A stretch of DNA of 64,000 nt from Gemmatimonadota bacterium (GTDB lineage: Bacteria > Gemmatimonadota > Gemmatimonadetes > Gemmatimonadales > GWC2-71-9). Position 1 is the first letter of the stretch; each line of letters starts with the position of its first letter. A program made the position numbers and the translations under genes. The notes under the pieces are model-generated. The model did no database searches, was not told the DNA's origin, and saw only the letters and a list, made by a program, of their open reading frames with translations. The stretch is from assembly GCA_039586365.1 (NCBI GenBank), contig JBDHKN010000006.1, forward strand, positions 64,001 through 128,000, read 5' to 3'. Below are positions 8,682 through 17,004 of this stretch, one piece after another.

Positions 8682-10119
8682 CCTTTTCGGTCAGATCAGA
8701 ACTGTCCGGCTCATGCTGCGTCGGTCGCACCCTAGGTAGTTTTACGACAAACTTCGTCCCGACGCCAGGTTGGGACTCCAATTCGATGGTTCCTCCATGG
8801 GCCTGCGCGATGCGGTCGGAGATGAACAACCCCAGCCCGGTGCCCGTTCCCTTCGAGGAGAAGAACAGAGTGAAAGCCCGCTCCTGCGTCTCTTGATCCA
8901 TCCCGATCCCATTGTCCTCGATCTCGTACCTGATGTGGTCCGCTAATCCTTGTAGCCTCACCACTACCTGAGGGGTCGCCTGCTTATCGTCCAACCTGCA
9001 TGCATCCAGCGAGTTCTCGATCAGATTCACCAGCAGGGAACGAACGGCTTGGGCGTCCGCCTCGAACTCGCCGGCTGATTGATCGACCGACGTGATCAGC
9101 TGTACCTGGAGATCCTTGGCTCGAGATTCCATCAGACCGCAGACCTCTTCTGCAACCAGCGGAGCTGAAAGTGGTTCCCAATTGGGCACTCTATCCTTCG
9201 CGTAGTAAAGGATGTCTGACACCATGCTGCGGATCCTGGCCACGTTCCGATTGACCGTCGCCCAACCCTTCTTCACTCGTTCTTCGTTGCCCTTCGTAAA
9301 ACCGGAGTCGACCAAATACATGCCACCGGCCAATCCGTTGAGGAGACCCTTGAGACCGTGAGATACTGAGCCGATCAACAACCCAAGCTGAGTCAAGCGG
9401 TCCTCCAACTCCCGAACATCGGTTATGTCGGCGCTCATCTCCATCACACCTGTCGTGCCACCCTCTCCGTCGGGAATCGGTGCAGTCGTAACGAGCACGT
9501 TCCTGTGCTTACCGTCCAGCGACGTGACCACCTCCTCCCTGGTGTGGGGTTGGCCGTCATCGAGAGTTTCCTGGACGGGGCACAGTGCACACGGTTCGCT
9601 GCGATGCTTGTACGCCTGGTAACATTTGCGGCCAAGACCGTTGCCGAAGTTCTCCTGGAAGGCGCGATTGGCATCGACGATGTTCAGGTCAGGATCCTGA
9701 ATCGTGATGTAGCAGGGCACTTCGTCAAACAGCGTGTGATAACGGCGTTGGCTCCGGCGCAGCAACTTCTCCATGTTCGTGTGGTGGGTGATGTCGGTAG
9801 ACATCTCCATCACCGTGGTGATCTTGCCCGCCTCGTCGCGAATGGGGGTGGTTTGTACCATGACCGAGAGTTCGTCTCCATCCAGCGTGCGGATCTGCTC
9901 TTCGCTCTCGTGCCGCTCACCGTCACGAAAGGTCCGCGCCACAGGACACACCTCACACCTCTCGGAGCGCTTCTTGTAAACCTGATAGCAATAGCGTCCT
10001 TCGAAGTCGCCGAAGTCCTTCCGGAACCGCTGGTTAGCGTCGACGATCCGGAATTCTCGATCCTGAACCGTGAGGTAACACGGCATAGCCTCGAAGTAAT
10101 GTCGATACTGAGAGTCCAT
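8665..10119 (-). CDS. Soluble PAS-PAS sensor histidine kinase
   Basis: Two similar PAS repeats each with C-x10-C-x2-C; H-box SHGLK; NLIENSLDA, DNGIG, FFSSK, GTGLGL. Confidence 0.92.
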   Translation of the reverse strand: MDSQYRHYFEAMPCYLTVQDREFRIVDANQRFRKDFGDFEGRYCYQVYKKRSERCEVCPVARTFRDGERHESEEQIRTLDGDELSVMVQTTPIRDEAGKITTVMEMSTDITHHTNMEKLLRRSQRRYHTLFDEVPCYITIQDPDLNIVDANRAFQENFGNGLGRKCYQAYKHRSEPCALCPVQETLDDGQPHTREEVVTSLDGKHRNVLVTTAPIPDGEGGTTGVMEMSADITDVRELEDRLTQLGLLIGSVSHGLKGLLNGLAGGMYLVDSGFTKGNEERVKKGWATVNRNVARIRSMVSDILYYAKDRVPNWEPLSAPLVAEEVCGLMESRAKDLQVQLITSVDQSAGEFEADAQAVRSLLVNLIENSLDACRLDDKQATPQVVVRLQGLADHIRYEIEDNGIGMDQETQERAFTLFFSSKGTGTGLGLFISDRIAQAHGGTIELESQPGVGTKFVVKLPRVRPTQHEPDSSDLTEKDGPHA

Positions 10120-10227
10120 GGCTCACTCCCGGACACTCAGACGGTGCGAGCTCTGTGTGTCAACAGTGAGATGTCGATCCAGCCCAGCCTGCGGGCGGGC
10201 GGAACATTATTCCTACAAGCCCACTGG

Positions 10228-11994
10228 CTACACCTTCTTGCTTTCGTGGGCCAACTCGAGAACCTTCCGCACGTTGAGTAAGAGCCTCTCTTCGTCCACG
10301 GGCTTGTCCAAGTAGCCCTCGGGTCGCCTGACCGAGCGGTCGTATATGAGCCTACGTAGTTCGGGCCTGCCTGTAATGATGCAGATCTTGAGATCCTCGA
10401 GTTCGGGATCCTTCCGTAGGATCTCGAAGACCTCACCCACGTCCCGACCAGGCATATGCAGGTCGAGCGTCAATAGATCTGGTTTCTCCCGCCGCGACAG
10501 TTCCAGGGCCTCGTCGCCGCTCATGGCCCTGAACACGGTTGCGCCGTTGTCCTCTAGCACGGTGGCGAGAAACTCCACCTGATCGGGCTCGTCATCGGCA
10601 ACCACCAAGGTCCGACCCGCCAGCGGAAGTCCCTCGACTACGGCCGGCTCTGCAGCGATCGGCTCTGCAACAGGCACGGCTACCTTCTCCTCGATCACCA
10701 GCGCGTTGGCCACCAGGTTGACCAGCTGTGTCACCTCCATGCCGAGTTCGTAGTGGCGTATCACGTCGGTGAGCCCGTCCACGCAATTGTGGCAAGACGT
10801 TACGACCGCTTGAGCACCGGTGTCCTTGAGTTGGTTTGCCTTGACAATGGCTGACTTGAGCCGTTGCGGCGTGTACTCAGACATGGACATAGCACCGCCG
10901 CCACCGGTACAGCAGTAGTTCTCGGTCCGGTTCGGGTACATCTCGCGAAAGTCCTCACATACTAGCTGTAGCAGCTCACGCGGTTCCTCGAACAGGCCGC
11001 AGCTCCGAGCGTTGTTGCAGGAGTCATGAAAAGTGACCGGCTTGGTGTTGCGGCTCTTGTCCACCTTGATCCGACCCTCCTTGATGTAGCGGAGCATAGT
11101 GAGGACAGAACTCTCCATCTCGAACGGCACATCGAACTTGGCCCAATTGGGGCCCTCGCAGCGAGTGGATCGGTAGCCGTGGCCACATTCAGAGATGACG
11201 AGCCTTTTGCCGCGAAATTCCTCGACCTTCTCATACAGGCGCTGGGCAACCGACCCGCCCAAGGCGTCGTCGCCCGAAAAAAGGCCGAAGTTGGTCATGT
11301 CCCAGCCTTCACTCGGCATGGTCCAATTCTCACCCGCTGCATGGAAAATCTTGGCCGCGTCCGCGATGCTGCGCGGGTCGTATTTCACCTCGCGTGGATT
11401 GATGGAATAGACAACCTCGCAGTCCATCTGATCGATCGGTATGGCAACCGAAGGATCATCCAGTTCGTCCTGCAGCTCTTCCTCCATCCACTCGAGCGTC
11501 TCGAGATAATCTTCCTTGAGAACGCCCATCTGATTCCCGATCTCCCATTGGTCCTTGCTGACCACTGCCACACCCTCTGGCATGATCCCGACTGAGACTA
11601 GGAGGCCTCTTGCCATCCGGTTGAACGTGGCGAAATCGACACCCATGGGGCAGTTGATCGAGCAACGCCGGCAGTTGGTGCACTTGCCGAACACGATGTC
11701 CTTGAGTTCTTCCAGCTCTTCATCCGTGTAGACGCTCCCGGCCTTCACCCACCAGGGGACGACCCGGCCGGTCCAGTCGAAGTGCTTCTTGAACAGCTTA
11801 CGAATCCTGTCCGCCTTGTAGGGTGGTGCGTAGGTCGGGTCGCCGGGATTCGCCAACACGTAGTGGCAACAGTCGATGCACATTCCGCAGTGCACGCAGG
11901 CTATCATCGATCCGGCTATCTGACGGTTGAGCTTTTGGCCCATCCGCTCTATGACCTTCTCGGCCTTATGAGATCTCGTTCTTGTCTGGCTCAT
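10228..11994 (-). CDS. HmcF/TmcB/DsrK-like Fe-S oxidoreductase fused to a C-terminal receiver domain, module 2
   Basis: CVHCGMCIDCC, CTNCRRCSINCP, ECGH, HDSC, CCTGGGG, CHNC; Ala/Pro/Glu linker; then VVADDE...LTLDLHMP...ITG...DKP. Confidence 0.9.
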   Translation of the reverse strand: MSQTRTRSHKAEKVIERMGQKLNRQIAGSMIACVHCGMCIDCCHYVLANPGDPTYAPPYKADRIRKLFKKHFDWTGRVVPWWVKAGSVYTDEELEELKDIVFGKCTNCRRCSINCPMGVDFATFNRMARGLLVSVGIMPEGVAVVSKDQWEIGNQMGVLKEDYLETLEWMEEELQDELDDPSVAIPIDQMDCEVVYSINPREVKYDPRSIADAAKIFHAAGENWTMPSEGWDMTNFGLFSGDDALGGSVAQRLYEKVEEFRGKRLVISECGHGYRSTRCEGPNWAKFDVPFEMESSVLTMLRYIKEGRIKVDKSRNTKPVTFHDSCNNARSCGLFEEPRELLQLVCEDFREMYPNRTENYCCTGGGGAMSMSEYTPQRLKSAIVKANQLKDTGAQAVVTSCHNCVDGLTDVIRHYELGMEVTQLVNLVANALVIEEKVAVPVAEPIAAEPAVVEGLPLAGRTLVVADDEPDQVEFLATVLEDNGATVFRAMSGDEALELSRREKPDLLTLDLHMPGRDVGEVFEILRKDPELEDLKICIITGRPELRRLIYDRSVRRPEGYLDKPVDEERLLLNVRKVLELAHESKKV

Positions 11995-12030
11995 GGAATC
12001 TGTCTTTCACTCGCTTGGTAGTCCCTTCGG

Positions 12031-12702
12031 CTATCCGTGCTGGAGCGGATAGACACCCCGGTAGCCCATGCTCTTACCGAAGTAGTAGCGTGTGAAGGGG
12101 TAGTAGAGATAGTGAGAGATCTTGCTGAACGGAACGTACACCAGGAAAAACGCCGTCAGTATGAAGTAAGTTACCAGATGCCACTCCCCGTTTGCGGTGG
12201 AGTTGGGCACGGCCAGGACTGCGAAGAAGAACCACACCGTCAGCAATGTCAGCGAGAAGTAGTCGTCCGGGGAGCTGATGGCCCTCATGTAAGGGTTGGT
12301 CACCCTCCGGATCATCCGCACAACCCCGACCAGACAAGCGGCTCCTATCACCAATTGCAGCAGTACTGTAACCGTGGAGCTCTGCAGCAGACCCGCGCTG
12401 TACGGAATGATGAACGACAACGCGATCGCAGCCGTGACCCCGAGATGGAAGATTGCGAACTGTACATACATGAGCGGCTTGGACCTGGTGCTCTCCATCG
12501 CCCAAGGCATAGCAATGTTGGCCCATGAGTAGAGGATTCCCTTTGCCTTAGTGGTGTTCAGTCTTCCGGTTGGCGCTTGGCGCTCTGTTCCTGCCTTGAA
12601 ACGTCGCAGGAACCAGGTGATGCGCATGACATAGACCAGAGCCATGAACCCCAGGGCAACTTCCTGGAGAGTGTGCTCCGCAAAGTGTAACAGGTCGCTC
12701 AT
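12031..12702 (-). CDS. NarI/HmcE-like membrane anchor, module 2
   Basis: About 5 TM helices; FHLG, RRVTNPYMRAISSPDDY, YVPFSKISH. Confidence 0.82.
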   Translation of the reverse strand: MSDLLHFAEHTLQEVALGFMALVYVMRITWFLRRFKAGTERQAPTGRLNTTKAKGILYSWANIAMPWAMESTRSKPLMYVQFAIFHLGVTAAIALSFIIPYSAGLLQSSTVTVLLQLVIGAACLVGVVRMIRRVTNPYMRAISSPDDYFSLTLLTVWFFFAVLAVPNSTANGEWHLVTYFILTAFFLVYVPFSKISHYLYYPFTRYYFGKSMGYRGVYPLQHG

Positions 12703-12717
12703 CGCGTGCTCTCTCGG

Positions 12718-13260
12718 TTAATCCAAGGCCGCCAGTGCAGCCTTGAAGGAGTTGTATTGCGGCGTGTCCAAAACACAGATGACAATTTCTTTGATGCTGC
12801 ATTCGCCGGCCAGGCGGTTCTTGAACACGTCCATCATCACTCGGGCGCTGACTTCAGGCAAAATCCCGTAGTAGCCCGCTCCCATAGCCGGGAAGGCGAT
12901 CTGCTCGATGCCCTTTTCTTCGGCCCGTTTCAGGCAGTTGAGGACGGTGGTGTATAGTTTCGTCTCCGTGTCTTGTTCTTGGAACCGCGGTCCCACGGCG
13001 TGAATGATGTGCTGAGCCTTGAGATTTCCAGCGGCCGAGACCACGGCCTCACCGGTCGCTACCGGTGCCAGCTGCTCGAGTTCCTTTTGAATAGTGGGTC
13101 CACCCCTCACTGCGATAGCCCCGCCAAAACCCGAACCCAAGGTCAAATCAGGCTGGGCGTAGAAGACAAAGGCTTCGATGTCCAGGTCGGTGATGTCGTA
13201 CTTGATGAGGCGGATGGTGGTGCGGTTGATTCGGATGCCGTCTGACACTGCCTGGGTCAT
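12718..13260 (-). CDS. Macrodomain (ADP-ribose-binding fold) protein with degenerate catalytic motif
   Basis: DIT, GFGGAI..RGG, AGNLKA.HIIHAVGP, IAFPAMGAGYYG; ATG 13260 preceded by AGGAGAGG. Confidence 0.88.
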   Translation of the reverse strand: MTQAVSDGIRINRTTIRLIKYDITDLDIEAFVFYAQPDLTLGSGFGGAIAVRGGPTIQKELEQLAPVATGEAVVSAAGNLKAQHIIHAVGPRFQEQDTETKLYTTVLNCLKRAEEKGIEQIAFPAMGAGYYGILPEVSARVMMDVFKNRLAGECSIKEIVICVLDTPQYNSFKAALAALD

Positions 13261-13498
13261 TGCGACCTCTCCTTGGCGCCAGCCTAATCCCTTAGTCAAT
13301 CGTGTGGCGGTCGCTCTCCATGCGATCCCCCGTGGTGACCTGAGGGACAGCCAATCAGGAGCGAGACTGCACAGGAAAACTGCACACCTGTCATGGCTGG
13401 CAGGCTGCAGACGTGGTTCCTACACCTTGTATCATAGAGGAGTTGGCTGAAGTTATCCTGAAGAATAGGTGAATTAGTGCCAGGGCAAGAGGCACCTT

Positions 13499-13514
13499 TG
13501 GCACATTGGTTGCC
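13499..13514 (+). promoter_or_regulatory. Sigma54 (-24/-12)-like motif
   Basis: TGGCACATTGGTTGCC matches TGGCAC-N5-TTGC; lies in a ~600-bp divergent intergenic region. Confidence 0.4.
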
Positions 13515-13875
13515 GAGGACACCAGAGGCTGCCACCTGCTCCAACTTCTCACGATTTCCCTCTGGTCAGAACGTTTCGCCATGCTCGAGGAGCCGAGCGA
13601 GGGCGACTGCCTAGCACTCTGCCTTGGCGAGGTGTGAAGGGCTGGAACGGTGACGGGACCGGTTGTGCATGGCGTCCGCTGAGGTCATGTTCCCATTGCT
13701 GTTAGACCGAGAGATCCAATGCGTCGCATGTTCCCAAAGACGGGTAGCGGTCTCGGATTACTCATCTTGAGGGTTCCGGGGTGAACCGGATGCTCACAAC
13801 CGTCGGTTACTCTCGGGCACGACCGTGCCGCAGCACCGTTTGCGGTACCCCTGTCCTTAGGCTCCCAGCAACAGA

Positions 13876-14925
13876 ATGAACCGCTCCAGAGCCACACGAA
13901 GTTCACTGGGATTGGGCGGGTTCTGGTGCATGGGGATGACCCTGGTTCTGGCAACGTCCTGTCCCCCGGACTCCAGGGTCGCTCAGCCCCTACAGCTGCA
14001 TGCTTGGGTAGTGTACTTCGATGCCGCACGCGGGTTGGTCGAACTGCGGCGCCACGGATCACTGTTCGACCGGGTCTCGTTGTTTGCCTACGAACTGGAT
14101 CCCGAGGGCATCCCGCAACCGGCACCAGACATGGAACAGATGATCGCACCGTTCCTAGGACTTGCGGCAGAGAAGGGATTCAGCCCGTGGGTGACCGTTG
14201 TCAATGACACTAGACACAGTGTTGACAGCGCCACAGCCAAGGATCCCGATCTGATACACGGATTGATCGCAGATGCTGAGCGACGCGCGACCCATGCGAA
14301 GGAACTCGCCGAGCGCGTTGCGGCCGACGGTTTCAAGGGACTTCATTTGGACTACGAACGTCTGCCTGAGACCGATGCGCAGTATTTCCAGGAGTTCGTT
14401 CGAGCCTTGCATCAGGAGCTGGAGCTCCGAGGGCTGGGGCTGGAGACTGTGGTCGAGCCAGAGCGGGGGCCTCTGCCTGAGGCCCGCAGCACGAGCGTAA
14501 CCGTCATGGCGTATGATCTGTTCGGCGCCCATTCCGGACCCGGTCCGAGGTCAACGCCAGCCTACGTTTCCCTGCTCGGCTCACGAGCGGCGGTCGACGC
14601 TGACAGCGCCGCTACATTGGCGCTCGCGGTACGTGGGTTTGCTTGGAAACCCGGTGGGGAAGTGAGCAGCTTGGATTGGGCTGTCGCTCAACAGCTTGCT
14701 GACCGGACACCTCACATGAGCCGTGGCATGCTTGACCGAGTACCGAGCGCACGGCTGGCTGATGGTACTGAGCTGTGGTTTGAGGATCCTGAGAGCCTGC
14801 TCAGCAAGTGGCAGGCTGCCTGGGGAAGCGGCTTTCGGCGACTCGCTATCTGGCGGCTAGGGGGCAACGACGAGAGGCTGTTCAACCTGCTGAGCGACGT
14901 GCGACGGGGCTCTGCCAGGCGGTAG
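13876..14925 (+). CDS. Glycoside hydrolase family 18-like protein, probably exported
   Basis: GFKGLHLDYE, VMAYD, WFEDPES, AIWRLG; hydrophobic N-terminus ending LATSC; start uncertain. Confidence 0.8.
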   Translation: MNRSRATRSSLGLGGFWCMGMTLVLATSCPPDSRVAQPLQLHAWVVYFDAARGLVELRRHGSLFDRVSLFAYELDPEGIPQPAPDMEQMIAPFLGLAAEKGFSPWVTVVNDTRHSVDSATAKDPDLIHGLIADAERRATHAKELAERVAADGFKGLHLDYERLPETDAQYFQEFVRALHQELELRGLGLETVVEPERGPLPEARSTSVTVMAYDLFGAHSGPGPRSTPAYVSLLGSRAAVDADSAATLALAVRGFAWKPGGEVSSLDWAVAQQLADRTPHMSRGMLDRVPSARLADGTELWFEDPESLLSKWQAAWGSGFRRLAIWRLGGNDERLFNLLSDVRRGSARR

Positions 14926-15044
14926 TCACGTGTGAACCGAGCGCTCTGGGTGAACACCTTGGCCATACCGCTGCACCTCAGCCCGTTCGTCTCGCTGCGA
15001 TGTGAGTTCTACGCGTCAGGCTCTGGCCGTTCTCGCCGGTTAGC

Positions 15045-16223
15045 TCAGCGGTACAGCAGGTGGGGCTCAATGACTTCCTCGAAACCGGCCAGGTCGGCGT
15101 TGGCCTGCCGCATGATCTCTTGGGGTGGTACATCCGATTCCGTGGCAGCTCGCAGTGCCTTGCTACCCCAGAGAATGTCAATCGGCTGCTTTTCCTCTTC
15201 GTACTCGTACGGTGGCGGACGCCACGCGAACTCATCTGGCGCCAACCGGCGAACCGTGTGCAGGATGGCCACAGCTGCCTCGACTGGACGAAACGCCGCT
15301 CGGTCCACGATGTGCAGTTGAGCGCCACCACATAGCTGCCCCGCGTGTTTCTGAAAGGCCGGCTCGAAATGACAGGGCCGGAATTTCACTCCGGGCAGGG
15401 CATGCCGGTCCAATTGCAGAGTTAGCTCGTGCGGATCGACAAAGGGTGCGCCGAACAGCTCGAACGGGCGGGTGGTGCCACGTCCTTCGGATAGGTTGGT
15501 ACCCTCGAGCAGCACCATCCCCGGGTAGACCGTACACGAATCGAGCGTTGGGAGGTTGGGGCTCGGAGAGACGAAGGGTAGACCAGTCTCATCGAACCAG
15601 TAGCTGCGTGCCAATCCCTTGCAGGGTACGACGTCGAGCTCGCAGCCAATGCCAAATCGGTCATTCGCAAGACGGGCGGCCTCTCCCAGCGTGAGTCCAT
15701 GACGCAAGGGCAAGGGCTGGAGACCTACGAAGGACTCGAATCCCGCTCGGAGTATCGGTCCCTCGCGTGTCATCCCGTTGATCGGATTGGGACGGTCGAG
15801 TACGACGAACCTCACGCCTGCTTCCCTGCAGGCGGCCATCGCTAGCATCATCGTCCACACGAAGGTGTAGACTCGTACCCCAACGTCCTGGAGGTCGAAC
15901 ACCACCGCGTCGAGTCCGTCCAACATCTCGGGTGTCGGTTTGCGCACCGCACCGTACAGTGAGTGTACTGGGATGCCGAGCCGCGGGTCGGCGAACGAAG
16001 CGCTGGCGACCATGTTGTCCTGCTTCTCGCCCTTGATACCGTGTTGCGGACCGAAGAGGGCGTGGATGTTGAAGCCACTCTCCCGTAACGCATCGACAGT
16101 TGCAGTCAAGTCAGGGCTGACGGATGCTGGGTGCGCTATCAGGCCAAGCTTGGCATTGTGTAGGTCCGGCCGTGCGCCCGAAAGCAATTCTGATAGGCCG
16201 GTGCGGACATTCGGTGAGATCAT
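15045..16223 (-). CDS. namZ: Exo-beta-N-acetylmuramidase NamZ (DUF1343) family
   Basis: LFGPQHG, SLYG..RKP, FDLQDVGVR.YT, LDRPNP, RHGLTLGE, PSPNLP, NLSEGRGTTRPFE. Confidence 0.9.
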   Translation of the reverse strand: MISPNVRTGLSELLSGARPDLHNAKLGLIAHPASVSPDLTATVDALRESGFNIHALFGPQHGIKGEKQDNMVASASFADPRLGIPVHSLYGAVRKPTPEMLDGLDAVVFDLQDVGVRVYTFVWTMMLAMAACREAGVRFVVLDRPNPINGMTREGPILRAGFESFVGLQPLPLRHGLTLGEAARLANDRFGIGCELDVVPCKGLARSYWFDETGLPFVSPSPNLPTLDSCTVYPGMVLLEGTNLSEGRGTTRPFELFGAPFVDPHELTLQLDRHALPGVKFRPCHFEPAFQKHAGQLCGGAQLHIVDRAAFRPVEAAVAILHTVRRLAPDEFAWRPPPYEYEEEKQPIDILWGSKALRAATESDVPPQEIMRQANADLAGFEEVIEPHLLYR

Positions 16224-16369
16224 GAACGGTCAAGCATTCGTCAGAGATTGCCAGCGTGGCAATTCCGTTTGTTTTCTATCGACCCGGTGCACAGGCTTCG
16301 TTCAGTGACGAACCTGCTGCTCGGTGTGTGGGTGAGGTACGAACAGCCTATGATTGGCACCACGTGGTC

Positions 16370-16807
16370 TCAGCTGGAGACAGACTCGAATCCCTGAGTT
16401 GCATAGACCATAGCACGGTCAAAGAAGAGAACGACGTGGTTACTCAGCTCCAGGGCCTGATTCAAGTCCAGAGCCGTATCCAGGAAGCCCTCCGACAGGA
16501 CCTTGGACCACAATACTCGCCTGGTGATAATGAGAGCCTGAAGCAACTCTGAGAGTCTGAAACCCTCCTTGTGCCGCCGTTCTCCCAGTGCTGTGTAAAT
16601 GTCTCTTATCTCTTCCTTGGTGGTTTCGGAGGAGACCCATCTGCCAAGCTGGCTGTATACACTGTATGCACGCTCGTACAGCTCGCCTTCGTCGTATGTG
16701 TGGTAGGTTGGCGTGCTTTCGTGGGTGCGGACGATCTCCATCCATCTGCGGGTAAGCGGGTCAGCATTGCGCTGAATGAGATCCACGAGCTTGTTTGATA
16801 GGACCAT
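16370..16807 (-). CDS. All-helical RsbRD-N/HisK-N-like stand-alone domain protein
   Basis: LVDLIQRNA..LT..W, LGERR..EGF.LSELLQAL, FFDRA; ATG 16807 after AGGAGG. Confidence 0.55.
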   Translation of the reverse strand: MVLSNKLVDLIQRNADPLTRRWMEIVRTHESTPTYHTYDEGELYERAYSVYSQLGRWVSSETTKEEIRDIYTALGERRHKEGFRLSELLQALIITRRVLWSKVLSEGFLDTALDLNQALELSNHVVLFFDRAMVYATQGFESVSS

Positions 16808-16911
16808 TGATCCGACCTCCTTCCCACAGAGAACTCGGTCAACCGCTGTAAACGCTGCATATATCGTATCTGGGTTCGCAGCGTAGTGCAACGAAGGGCG
16901 CTGGCCGAGTC

Positions 16912-16945
16912 CTAAGAAACAGGGGCCGTGTCAGACGGCCCCTGT
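16912..16945 (-). terminator. Intrinsic terminator of hppA
   Basis: 11-bp stem ACAGGGGCCGT/ACGGCCCCTGT with T-rich tail on the - strand. Confidence 0.75.
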
Positions 16946-17004
16946 GGTGAAATTCCTGTTAGCTGCGCTCGGTCTGTGCCGACCGGCAGGAAACTCAGAC
17001 GCTC

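Noticed and set aside
9505..10281. 258-aa + strand ORF, and similar ORFs opposite hppA, priA and the amidase
   Set aside because: Shadow ORFs overlapping well-supported genes on the other strand.
13700..13875. Possible c-di-AMP (ydaO) riboswitch before the GH18 gene (GGGGTGAACC...CCGTCGGTTA)
   Set aside because: Only fragmentary resemblance; other conserved segments are not identifiable by eye. An Rfam scan would settle it.
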